From Asterionella formosa (taxonomy: Eukaryota), in the NCBI GenBank assembly GCA_002256025.1, contig NKIB01013326.1:1-59572 (forward strand): DNA of 59,572 nt, read 5' to 3'. Below the pieces are notes generated by a model. The model did no database searches, was not told the origin of the DNA, and saw only the letters and a list, made by a program, of their open reading frames with translations. Below are positions 23,811-35,531 of the stretch, one piece after another. Made by a program: the position numbers and the translations under genes. Positions within the stretch are counted from its first letter, which is position 1, and every line of letters starts with the position of its first letter.

Positions 23811-23990
23811 TCGATGCTCTTGATGCATGTCTCCTGCCTCCCTTCAATGTTTGTGAGGATGCACGCCTCCCCCCTCCCTTCAATGCTCTTGATACATGCC
23901 TCCCGCTTCCCTTCAATGCTCTTGAGGATGAATTGGCTCCCCCCTGCCTCCTGCCTTCAAATCTCTTGGTGCATGCCTCCCACCTTCCTT
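23811..23990. repeat. About 33-36 bp tandem repeat, a possible coding repeat on the minus strand (SIEGxREACIK)
   Basis: Recurrent GCCTCCC...CCTTCAATGCTCTTGA units. Confidence 0.65.
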
Positions 23991-24269
23991 CTGCTGATTC
24001 TGAAACTCATCTGACTACTTGCTGCAAATCCCATTTCCTTTTGATCCGATTCTGTTTTATCCATTTTGATTTCCTAATCATAATGACAATGAGAAGGAAT
24101 TACTCGCTTGTTAGTAGCCATGTTGTTTATATCTCAATACTGCAGTCCCATTTTAGCATGCTCCACTTACCAGAAATCGATGAACTTTTCGCATAATTCA
24201 GTAAAATAATTCGTCATTCAATGATCATATAAGTACAAATCAATAAACCGTTCCACCAGTGTCATTTAT

Positions 24270-24960
24270 AACTTACAACAAAACTCTTTGATTAAAATTA
24301 TCCTGAAAGATTGAAAAACAAACATGTGTCAGTGATGTTCTAACAGTGGCTCATTGATCCAACAAGAGCATTTACAAGTTTTTGGTCGACATTGGTGGCA
24401 TCCCACTGAATGCAAAATGTGCTTTTGAATTGCTATGGAAGGAGGCAATCATTTATTCTTTTTGAACCCAGCAATTGATCACCTTGGCATGTACTCTTGA
24501 CATACTATAGCTAGATTCAGTTCACTTTTCCATTTTCAATCCTTCTAAGCCGCAAGGTTTAGCGTCATTGTGTGCGTTGAAGCGTCATTCTTTCAGTTTT
24601 CTTTGTTACAGTGCAGAGATAATCTTTCATTTCAGGATCATGTGTTACCGGTAAGCATAACAAGGAACCTCTAAACATGATTTCAAATGTATGTATAGGC
24701 TATGTATACATTTATAAAATTTTGAAAACGTATAAATATATGCACATAATGTGTATACTACAATCAATTAAGCTTATGCATAATTCAAATATATTTAATG
24801 CATGAGGATATCATTGTTTTCCACGACCTGATGTACTGTTTTTGATTTTTTCCGCATCAATTCTTGTACCTACAAGTAAGTAATTTAATTAAGCCCTTCA
24901 ATTAACGGGAGTCATGCGACATTTTTCATATGGTACAAATCATAAAATATTTACCAGTAG
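24270..24960. repeat. Dispersed repeat, copy 1 (homologous to about 28800-29680)
   Basis: Shared colinear blocks: TTATCCTGAAAGA, CCCAGCAATTGATCA, TTCTAAGCCGCAAG, CATGATTTCAAATGT, TTTTCCACGACCTG, CAATTCTTGTACCTACAAGT, TTAATTAAGCCC..AACGGGAGTCAT. Confidence 0.8.
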
Positions 24961-25005
24961 ATGAATCGCTCGAATCAATCTTTATGAATTACACATCATA
25001 CATCC

Positions 25006-25680
25006 TGGTTAGAAATGATTGCCAATAAATAAGATCACAGATAACAATTTTTAGCTTTTTTGATCTTACTTTTAACATAAATATATCTTACTACTAAAAA
25101 ATAACAGATCATACTTTGGTTAGATATGATTGCCAATAAATAAGATCACTGATAACAATTTTTTAGCTCGTTTGATCGTACTTTTAACCTAAGTACGAGG
25201 TGACAATAGATATCAATGTCACCTTGTTTGCACGAGAACAACGTGTTATTGCGTCCCCTCCGTCACCAATAGATACCAATGTCATCACCTTGTCTGTACA
25301 AGAACGTGTTGTAGCATGAGTACGAGGTGACAATAGATACCATCCCCTTCATCACCGACAGATACCAATGCCACATTGTAGTACAACTACGTGATATTGC
25401 GTACCCTCAATCACTTTTAGGTATACAACAGGAAGTCACTCCCAAACCCTATCCCTATCATAGGCATGATTCAAATTCAAATCAATCATACACTTAGTAT
25501 GTTTACATACAAATATCTGTGCAACATACCGGTACAGGTGTCACTATGATGGACATGATTTAAAATCAAATCAATCGTATACTGGTAAGTACCCTTACAT
25601 GCAAAAATATGTGTGCTACATATATAGAACCCTATGATGGGCATGATTTAAAATTCAAATCAATCGCGTACATACGTTTA
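25006..25680. repeat. Cluster of short tandem duplications upstream of the second YR gene
   Basis: About 110-bp unit x2 (TGGTTAGA.ATGATTGCCAATAAATAAGATCAC), AGTACGAGGTGACAATAGATA x2, and GGCATGATT..AATTCAAATCAATC-like x3. Confidence 0.75.
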
Positions 25681-26063
25681 TATACAAAAATACCTGTGCA
25701 AAATATTGGTACTAGTACAATAGATGATACAGTAGACAGTAGTACCTGTTACCACCAGTACTCACACACAAGTAGACTCGAACATGCATACCCATACATG
25801 GATATCTATCATCATGTCTTCTAAACTATAGATTGCTACAGCAGATATGTATGTATACCCATGTACGACTGTCCTACTCATGCAACACGAATGATTCAAA
25901 TTCAGATTGAGCGGTTGTTGATGGTTGCAGCCAGTGATGGTATACATTCAAAAATACATGTGCTGTATCAATTTATAAATACATACAATATTCTCAAATT
26001 TTTATGATCATATGATTGCCATTATAAGATGCATCACACGAATTAGATGTTTTCTATTTGCAG

Positions 26064-26930
26064 ACGTCATCAACACTTCTGTCCTGTGGCTTGCAACCAA
26101 ATTCTTCAAAAATAAATCACCTTTTGTCCCCGAAAGTGCCTCCAACAAGGCAATCGCAATGGCAATGTACCAACCAAACATCGCCCAAACTAAACTGAAA
26201 AATATTTTCCGCTGCTTCTCCCGTTAAGGCAGACCGTACTCCCTGTCCAAGGATTTTAATGAATGCCCTGACATTGCAACATTCTGAGCGGAAGTACCAA
26301 GGATGTACCATGATAGAGGATACTGGCACCCCTTCATGCATAGTGAAGCTCATACATCACTACTGGGATAACATTGTCTGTTCGCCCAAGATGGTACCTG
26401 TTAACTAGCAACCAACCGTTCTTTCGGCGATGTGCTCCTGAGAAGGAGCTCAAGGTATGTATTCCTACAATACATTTGTAATGCTGATACCAGGTCCGGT
26501 GATTTTTTATGCATACCGGTACATATACATATGCATACCTATGTTCTTACTCATGTGCGTCTCTTTCTACATTGCTTCTCATATACTTGGTACTAAGAAC
26601 CGACGCAAGCTAGGGCTAGCAAACAAGGCAGGACACAAGAAGGGAGACTACTTTGGTAAAGGCTATGCTACTAGGCTTTGCGTTGACTTAGCTACAGCTT
26701 CAGGCATGATGGATAATGCTGATTGTTGCACTGCCCATGGTAGGAGGAAGAGAATGATTTCTTCACTTGTCAACTCTAGTGTTGCATTACCTATGAAGAT
26801 TATTCTTGATAAATCCAGGCATGGATTAGCGGAAATAAATGCCAGGTACCAGCTGCCATCAAAGGAAATGCAGCATCAAGCTAGGATTGCAGTTTTTGAG
26901 AAATTTGATGATGCCAAGGAACAGCTTGGG
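26064..26930 (+). pseudogene. Second-family tyrosine recombinase (phage-integrase/DUF3504-like), spliced and decayed
   Basis: Last exon (from 26598) carries CTAHGRRK (HxxR), KSRH (H/W) and NARYQ (catalytic Y). Intron GTATGT 26455 ... TAAG 26597 joins PFFRRCAPEKELK to NRRKLG in frame. The upstream exon has TPSCIVKLIHHY with frameshifts. Confidence 0.78.
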
Positions 26931-27004
26931 ACCATGAACTTGAGCTTGGCCCCCACGAGTACAACCATCAAAAAAGCCCTAGCCTTTTATCGGTTTTGTT
27001 CTTC

Positions 27005-28500
27005 TTATGAATTCAAAATACGGGGAGCACCAACTTGTTTCTGGAAAGATTGAGAACTGGCACGCATGAAACCAAAATCCAAATGAAAACAGGAGCCAGG
27101 AAGTAGATCATCAACAGAAGTGGTTTGGCCCATGGTGTTATGGTGGGCATGTGCTTGACTGCAGATGGGACAATGATGCATGGAGTGGGTGTATAAGGTG
27201 ATGGAGATTAGAAGGAAGGCCAATGCTGCATTGTTGAAGATGGTGAAGTTGATGCATGCCAGGATGGCCAAAGCGTTGTGGCCACAACTCTGAGCTGAGA
27301 ATAGGAGATAAGCGGTGTGTGGTGGGCTGAAAGGAAATCTGGTTGAAATAAAAGGGATTATTTGATCTAGTCAAGGGTGCGATAACTTAGAAGCGAATGT
27401 ATGCCTGATCAAGGTCCTGGCAGCAAATATCAAAGCCAGAGTAATTGTTGGATGTTTGAGTGCAGATGTGTTGTGGTGACAGACAAGTCTCAGACAACTG
27501 AGGGCAGTAGTACATGATGACAGGGGTGGTAGAACCATCAGAAAATTGGAGTGAATAATAACTATAACCTGGAAAGAGCATACCCTTAACAGATGCATCA
27601 GCACATAGAAGGTCAAAGGGAACAGAAAGGGGAGTATAGTTCTGGAGTAGTGATAAAGTGGAGGTAGTACAAACATTTGCACCTAGGTCACATTGGTGAA
27701 GACCTGTGGATGATTCAGAACAGAGCCGAGCAACATGATCAATAGGGAGAAGAGTGTTGTGGTTGTCGGCATAAGGGAGAAATGGATGAACAAGGGAACA
27801 ACAGTCAAAACAATCAGTAGGAAGATGAGGAATGGTGAATGCACAGGTATAAAGGCGATTTAAAGAGGGACAAGAAGGTTTCAGAGGAAGAGGAAGCGGC
27901 AACGACAGAGTCCTATTAGGAGAAGAATTCTCTCTGACAGTCATTCCGCAAACCCGTAGCCGTTCATCATTCCTGGAAGGGGAGAATGACCGGCCTAGAG
28001 AAAATTTGCTTCATAAATATCATCTACATGGAGGTCAGGTAAGGAGTCTTCAGGATGGAGGTGTTGAAGGTTGATGACAGGCAATGGCATGACGATGGTT
28101 CATGCTATGAAGAGTTCTCCAAGCAGTGGCAGTATTCTCAGCATGGGAGGGATTAGCAAGAATGTATGTCTGAAGAAGGGCAGCTTTGACAAAAGAGGAA
28201 CAGCAAGAAGCAGAATGACCCCAAGTACCACAAGCAACACACTGGATGTCCTCATGTTGACGGAAAGAGTGGGAAGGGGTTGGGATTGATGAGGGCCGCT
28301 TTTGAGAGGCATTGGTTTGCCGAGTGGAAGTTTTAGGGATGGTGATACGATGAGCAAGAGGTGTGGAAGTCCCAGCATGAGTTTGGGAGGGAGTACTAGG
28401 AGGATGCTGTGCCAGGACTAATGCCAAATTTGGGATAAGGAGAGAAGGAGGAGGGACAGTGCAATCAGGGCGGGCCAGGTCCTCAACTGCTTTTAGCTGG
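27005..28500 (-). mobile_element. Decayed Ty1/Copia (CoDi-like) gag-protease-integrase fragment
   Basis: Domains in Copia order on the minus strand: CCHC knuckle CVACGTWGHSASCC, protease CDLGAN, YYCPQLSETCLSPQ, GAG-pre-integrase ELWPQRFGHPG, CPIC, integrase FHLDFGFMRAS. Several frameshifts. Confidence 0.88.
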
Positions 28501-28799
28501 ACTTGGATTGGGAAGGAATGAAGATCAAGTTCATGAAGAAAGTGGAGAGAGAGTTCCTGGCTGGTATACTGGCGGGATTTGGATAGCTCACCCTGCCTGC
28601 CGATATGCTAAAAGAGCAGAAGCAAAATTGACAGGATCAGCAGAATCTGAGTACAAGGGTAAAGGTGCAGCATTTCGCTTCTATCTTCACTTACCACAAA
28701 TTGAGGAAGTAACTGAAGCATATTTCTGTAAAGGAATGTGTCAGTTGAAGATTGAATGAGAAAGTATCGATCAATAAATGGGCTCCAACACTGCTGTTT

Positions 28800-29680
28800 G
28801 TAACTTACAAATACTGTTTGTCTATCATTATCCTGAAAGAAGCAACACATAAGTGTCAGTTTCCAACAGTTGTGGATTGATCCAAAGATGATAGCACCTT
28901 CCGATTTCTTTTGTCCACATTGATGGTTGGCCAGCCACCAAATCGAAAAGGAGCTATTGAATCACTGAAAGGGGACAAGTCATTCCGTTTTCATAATCCC
29001 AGCAATTGATCATCCTGGCATTTGCTCTTGATGTGGTACCATGCACAGCTTGTTGATTCCGCCCTTCTACATCATATTCACTCCTTCTTAGCCGCATGGC
29101 GTATCATCGTGTTGTATTGTCACTTTAGTTTTTTTCATCATGTGTTGCTTGAGATCCTTCATTTCAGGAAGTGGATGCATGAAAAGGAACATGAAAGGCA
29201 TTTGCTCTTGAATTACCATCAAATGATTCCGCTATTCTCTTCTAAGCCGCAAGTATCATTGTGCTGTATTATCAATTTCGTTTTCTGTGTCACCATGTGT
29301 GATGATCCTTCATTTCAGGAGCAAAGTGTATGCATGACAAGGGGAACGCACATGAAAACATGATTTCAAATGTTTCAGCCATGAATACATCTATACAAAG
29401 ATTTGTAAGAAGTTTAAATGTGTATATAGTTGAACATTTGCATAGTTTTAAACACGCACATTATACAGCACATCCTGTGCATACTAATATAAATTTTGAT
29501 TATACATAATTCAAAAATATACAATGCATGATGAGTTCATAGTTTTCCACGACCTGTTGAAATTTTTCAATTTGTTTTGTGTCAATTCTTGTACCTACAA
29601 GTCAGTGGCTGATTTAATTAAGCCCCTTAATAAACGGGAGTCATCACCAAATTTTCAAATGGTCGAAATCATACATTTAT
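28800..29680. repeat. Dispersed repeat, copy 2 (homologous to 24270-24960)
   Basis: Same ordered blocks as copy 1, with a small internal duplication around 29080-29320. Confidence 0.8.
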
Positions 29681-30117
29681 GTTTATAGACATATAGACCA
29701 AAATTCATATGGCCTACCGGTAGTACTGTATACTTGCTGGTAATTACTTCTATCATGGAAATACCACAATAGTGCAGCGGAAAACTGCATATGCTCATTT
29801 GTTTAGGATCATTTGATCATATTGATGAGTTCATAGTTTTCCACGACCTGTAGAAATTTTTCAATTTGTTTTGTGTCAATTCTTGTACCTCCAAGTCAGT
29901 AGCTGATTTAATTAAGCCCCCTAATAAACGGGAGTCATCACCAATTTTTCATACATTTATGTATATAGACACATTGACCATATACAGTCGAAAAATTCAT
30001 ATGGCCTACCGGTAGTACCACTGTATACTTGCTGGGTATTACTTCTATCATGGGAATACCAACAATAGTGCAGCGGAAAACTAAATATGCTCATGTGTTA
30101 AGGATCATTTGATCATA
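29529..30117. repeat. About 294-bp tandem duplication
   Basis: TGATGAGTTCATAGTTTTCCACGACCTG...GGATCATTTGATCATAT at 29529-29822 and again at 29823-30117. Confidence 0.92.
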
Positions 30118-31727
30118 TGTTAAAGATCAATTAATCCTGATTCTTGAAAATAAATTTTGATCTTTCATTTTCTCATCAACAACACCGTTTATCATATGAT
30201 CAATATGTTATGATCAATGGTATAGGATGAACGAATCAATATTTATTGATTAAAGATCATAGTTTATACCGGATTAGTTGCTCATGCATGCAACCCCTTC
30301 CCCCCTGTATACAGTACGGAAGTGATAACCCCCAAGCTACCAAATTTTTATGTCTTGTAAGAATTATTGCAGCATGCATGCATACATGACTCCTACTGGT
30401 ATATACAATGCGGAAATGATGACCACCAGACTACCAATCCTATAGGTCCTGTAGAATTATCGCAACATGGCTGCATATCTAATGAAAGGGCGGGAGGAGT
30501 TATCCATGCTGCACTTGTATTGTATGAAATATGGAAATGATCAAATATAGTCTACACAAGGAGCAGTGCATCATATGTGCCCTGTTATTTTAATTCCTAT
30601 GAAATCTCTTGATCTGTTCTGCGCTTTTTCGACACAATTGTTTTCATTGGCTGGCTGTTTCTCTGGTCTGCATTTGAATTGATTGTGCTTCGAACGAAGC
30701 AATGATCAAAGTCCAGTCCCTTGCAGAATGGTGAGTCTCACAACTAAGTATCAGCCAGGCGATTAAAATGGTACTGTCTTTTGTGCACCCTTGCTTGTTG
30801 TGTTTGTACATTGACTTGGCAACTGTCAGCCAAGAGCAGCCATGGTATGCCACCATTTATTGTCTATACAATTTTCGAATGCGTTCAGCTATGATAACTT
30901 TTGCTCCCCCCTCCTAAACACTATCTCACCACGCACCCTTGTCATAGATATTTCTTTGTCCTTTGGCATCACAGGCACAGGTTACTCAATGCCTTCATCT
31001 ACAAGTTCAGCAAAGCATGTTGGCATCAAGAAAACCTCAACCCCGATTTTCCTCACATGCTCCACCCATTGACTTCTTCATTGATGAAGTTGAGGTAGCT
31101 ATATTGACGAAATTAGGTGGCGCAGGCTTGTTGTGTATAGATTGATGATGCTGAAAGCAATGCTTCCTTTTCCCGTTGGTACCTATTTCTTGTCAACATT
31201 GTTTGGGTCAATCCATTCTTGTTCCCGCAAGACCAGAAGCAATTATCCCTGTACTTCTCCTCCCAAGAACCTTCATTTCTCTTTCACAATTGTCCTGATG
31301 ATGTTTGCAGAGCATTTTTAGTTCCCTTTTGATTTTTCCACTGGTTTTGATCCCTTTTGCATTCAAGTCAAGAAACAAGCAACTCATTGAGATTTCTGGA
31401 GGTCTCGGTCAGTGGCACCATAAAGCAACAATCAACAGATCATGGCGGCTGTTCTACATTTTCTGTAGCAAGTGACACCCAAGAAGGGTCTGGGATCATT
31501 GGGAGAAAAATTAGTAGGTTTCTCTGTGTTTGAACCCTCCCATTTGGCAGCCATTCTACCATTACTTCCTCTCAATCAATAACAATATAGCTAATGAAAA
31601 CCGTAATTAGATAAAATGTGACTTCCGGTTTCTAATATTTTACATTGTTGCACTACTGAAACTTGAATCCATAAATGGGCATTCAACTTGTGCTTCTTGC
31701 ATTTTTGCAGTATAGATTGGCTGGTGC

Positions 31728-31820
31728 TCGATAGGCCAAAGTGTCTGGCTTTTTATGAACATCTACAAAGTAGTGCTTTTGTCGAGGTTTGTTTCTAAAT
31801 CCAACTGCTGCCATCCACTG
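31728..31820 (-). pseudogene. IS630/Tc1-superfamily (Sagan-like) transposase fragment
   Basis: Reads QWMAAVGFRNKPRQKHYFVDVHKKPDTLAYR, matching the WMxxLGFxYxxRKKxYYVDGHEKPxTxxYR motif. Lies about 1.9 kb inside the TIR at 33728 on the same strand. Confidence 0.6.
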
Positions 31821-33691
31821 AACCATTCCAGATACATCAAAGAATACGCTCCTGTCGTCAAAGGTAAGGAACTGGTACGATGAAAAAGGAAATCTGATGA
31901 GACATGAAAATTACGACACCAGAATCACTCTGTTACTATATATGGACAGTCTCATGCTTCTTTGTGCATATCGCTGCTATGCTGCATTTCAATTCTAGAT
32001 GTATTGCGTTCTTGTTAGAGAGACGATGTTACAGAGAAGTAGATTGAGCTGTTCTATGATGGATGGTGTTTAGCTATGATTGAGGTTGTAACACTGATCG
32101 ATGCTCCAGTGATAGACTGGCCGGAAATATTCTTCTTGTGTGATGAGCCATTTCGTTTTTATTGGATTTCTTTTCAAGCTCTTAACGGATTGCATACAAA
32201 CATACTGCGCACTGTAGATGATGATTCATCGAAGACATATGATGAATGGAATGACAAATGAAGATTTTATCACAAACTCTCGTTCCTCTCGACATGGCTG
32301 CTTTGTTGTTGTTGCTGCTGCAACAATCGGAGTGAAGACTGGCAAGGATGATGAGCCAAACCACATAACTTTAACTGGTACATTATCCTACCAAGTAATT
32401 TAAATAAAGGAGCCTAAAAGAAACAATACATATAATAATTGGGAAACAAGAAAAATAAATGAATAATGTCAGTGCGTGTATATTATACCTTGTAAGGAAC
32501 AATTACAATCAACTGGCAATATACTTCACCTCATTGGACAAAGGTTCGACTAGTGGATGGTGATTTGTTGGCATTGTCAGGAAGTGGAGGAGAAACATGA
32601 CAGGTACCTTCATCAACGCTCTGAAGAGAAAGAAATATATATTATAATTAGCATGCTTGACCATGGCGGGAACTCAAACATGACAACAACAATCAACAAG
32701 CACATTCCTGTCCTCTCTTCCTTGTTGAATACAAGTTCATGCAGAACACCGGTTCCATCATGTTCCGGCTGCTTTGCTGAGTTCGCGATAGCTCATTGAG
32801 AGTAACGACTCATTGTTGTCATTGTAGATAATTATATAGAAGTAACAAAAGTAATATTGTGATTAGAAAGCAATGAAACAATACTATTGTAGAGCAGTGG
32901 AAAAAGCCAACACATAGCACTAAAACTTGCTGCCGAGATCAGATTTGAGATAGTGTAGGACACGAAGAAAACATACTACAAATTATATTTCAAATATAAC
33001 GGCTGATCATATCTGACGAAAAAATACCGGTTCAATGACGAGATGGACTCCTAACTTTGACCTACTACCATAACGTTTTGAGTTTTGATACTCAACGACT
33101 GATTGAGGTCGCTTTCGAACAATCATTAATTTTTTTATCACTACATATCAAATCTAGCAAAGGAGTTGACTGGAAAGGCTATCAGAAATCAACAGAAGCA
33201 AAGGGGAACCGAAATTTTGGCGCCACTGTGACGAAGCAAGCAGGATGCGACGATGAATCCCATAAGAAGTCGAATTATCCAACAACCAGCCAGATCCAAT
33301 TGATGAAGAATCGATGTTTGGGACTTCAATGAACAGAGTTAGTATACCTTGGAGCATGCTAGAAGATAGCAGAGATGTAAATAGCGGAATTGCTGTTGAC
33401 ACTTTACAAAAATCATCATTTTGTGCCCTTCACATAGCTCATCCTAATACCTTCAAATTTTGGATTCCATTTCGGCAGGCAAATCTTGGGGCTAACGGAA
33501 CAAATGAAATATACAAAATTTGTTTTATATGAAGGGCAATTGCAGGATTGAGTACCCGATAATCAAAAAACTGTACATAAGAAAAATACAATATATCTTT
33601 TATATGAAGGGTATTTTTTTTAGATAGTTCGCATCCAACATAAAAACTATTTAACATAGATTTTCAATGTTAACTGAAAGGGCAAAGTAGT

Positions 33692-33728
33692 GGCGAAAAG
33701 CGCGCCGATAGCTAGGTTGTGAATTGCC
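33692..33728 (-). mobile_element. Terminus of a GGCAATWCMC-family element pointing leftward
   Basis: Reverse complement reads GGCAATTCACAACCTAGCTATCGGCGCGCTTTTCGCC and is flanked by TA (33729-33730). Confidence 0.65.
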
Positions 33729-33730
33729 TA

Positions 33731-33915
33731 GTTAAGACCCTACTCGGGAGGAGTCTGCCTACTCGTAATCATATGTATTGGATTTGGGAGGCCCTCGCAG
33801 GTTGACCTTTTTCCAGCTGTGGGGGCGCCACTTGTTTGGTCAACCTACTTCCGCCTCCCAAGCCTCAAACACAAGAATACTTGCAGGCAGTCTCCACCCT
33901 CGGTCGTGTCTTACC
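33731..33915. mobile_element. About 185-bp fold-back MITE related to the right end of the 1.85-kb element
   Basis: Ends GTTAAGACCC / GTGTCTTACC. Nested stems GGGAGGAGTCTGCCTAC/GCAGGCAGTCTCCACCC, TTGGGAGGC/GCCTCCCAA and AGGTTGACC/GGTCAACCT. The right arm aligns with 51060-51151. Confidence 0.8.
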
Positions 33916-34699
33916 TCCAGTAGTACCAGGTACTTGGTACCGGAGTACCTGGCAATCCTACAAGGTACCAGGAGTGTACCTGGTACCCGGTACCAGTAAA
34001 AAACTGTTTTGACCCATTGAGAATATTTTTGAACTGTTGTGACCCATTGAACGCAGGATAACACGTTTTGTAATCAAAACTTAAATAAATGAAAATTTTG
34101 AGAGTTCTGGCTCCTTCCCGAGCATATAGGCTAGTCAGCTATGTAATTAGTTTGAGATTTGGAGCAAGTTTTTCATCTCGATAGATTGCCTGAAATGGTT
34201 GATCGACCGAAAAACCATGAAGAACATGGAGTAGGGTAAGTTTAGAAGTCACCGCATCATATGATATACAATGATCAATATAAAAGTTTCGACATTGATT
34301 TGAACCTTCGCTTCATTTTCGACAATATAGTATATCTTGTCTTGGTATTGACTTCTACGGAGATGGCAAATTATTTAGGTGCATGGCATCATCATGCAAA
34401 GCCAATGCATTTTGTATGATTACCGGTATACCAGGTAGGGAGTACATACCAGGTTTTCATCGCACCTTTCTAATAACATGCATGACAAGTGCTTTACCAC
34501 ATGACCTAATCCGTCCTCGAAAATGTTTATAAATTTATATACATTTATCTAGAAAAAAGTATATACTGCCGTGACCCATTGAAATCACTTTTTGGCTGTT
34601 TTATTATCATTGTATCTTCTGATGAAATCATTCAATCAGAATTCTAGCACAACAGCTTGATTGATTGATGCTGCTCTGACACTATCAAACAAATGGATC

Positions 34700-35441
34700 C
34701 GCAATTTGGTAGAATTTACCATTAGTCGGAGGAGTCAAACAAACACCCTAATTCAATGGGTCATGGCAGTTTTTCACTGGTACCCGCAATTTATTCATTA
34801 CCACAACCCCATACACAATATTGATGTACAGAGCAGGGACTACAGGTACAGGGTTAGGGATTCATCCCAACAATTTTTACTAAATATGCACAGCATACAG
34901 TATTTGAACCATAAACATTGCGCCAATGAATCAATTTGCATGTGATCACAGAATTCACCAGAATGTACAGGACATCGGCCTCCCCAAGATTTCGGAATTT
35001 GTGGATGGGCATGAATACACACAGGACACACACTGATAAATGCATTCACATGCTGTATTGTGATATTGTAAACATGAAGATTCACCTCTCTCCATGTAAC
35101 AGATGATTTCGAGTGGCCAAGACTGTATTGAGTATCATATATGGCATCGAACATTTCCTTGCATTAAAGAAGCTTCTGCCCACAATATCTCATGCTTTCT
35201 CACTGTCTCCCCTGATTGCCTTCTGCATCTTTCTTTGATCTCACTGTTTACTTTTTTCATGTGAATAACCAATTTGATGTTCTTGCCATATCTCTGAATT
35301 ATCCCAGTTTTCAATTATATACACCACTTCATTGTTTTTCTCATCAACCATGTTGCAGGATCTAGTTTTTTCTGTTACTGTTGTGCTATACACAATTTCA
35401 TTGTATTTCTCATCAGACATGCCACATGCAAGTTCTCTCAA
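34700..35441 (-). pseudogene. Ginger/KRBA2-like DDE integrase remnant (H2C2 zinc-binding region plus decayed core)
   Basis: FDAIYDTQYSLGH...YNITIQHVNAFISVCPVC...PVHSGEFCDHMQID, followed by a degenerate TNGKF that corresponds to DNGKEF. Confidence 0.7.
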
Positions 35442-35531
35442 ATTTGCTAGCTGCTAGGGTTTCATAGACAGGAACATTATACACTATAAAATTCATTTCT
35501 AGTGCTCTATAGCAGTGTGCCAATCACAAAC

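Noticed and set aside
26457..27053. 198-aa ORF as a real protein
   Set aside because: It is a chimera of intron sequence (first 47 codons), the YR exon and antisense Copia integrase at the 3' end.
30600..31570. Decayed minus-strand coding region
   Set aside because: It looks protein-like in places (QWVEHVRKIGVEVFLMP...) but has many stops and no recognisable motif.
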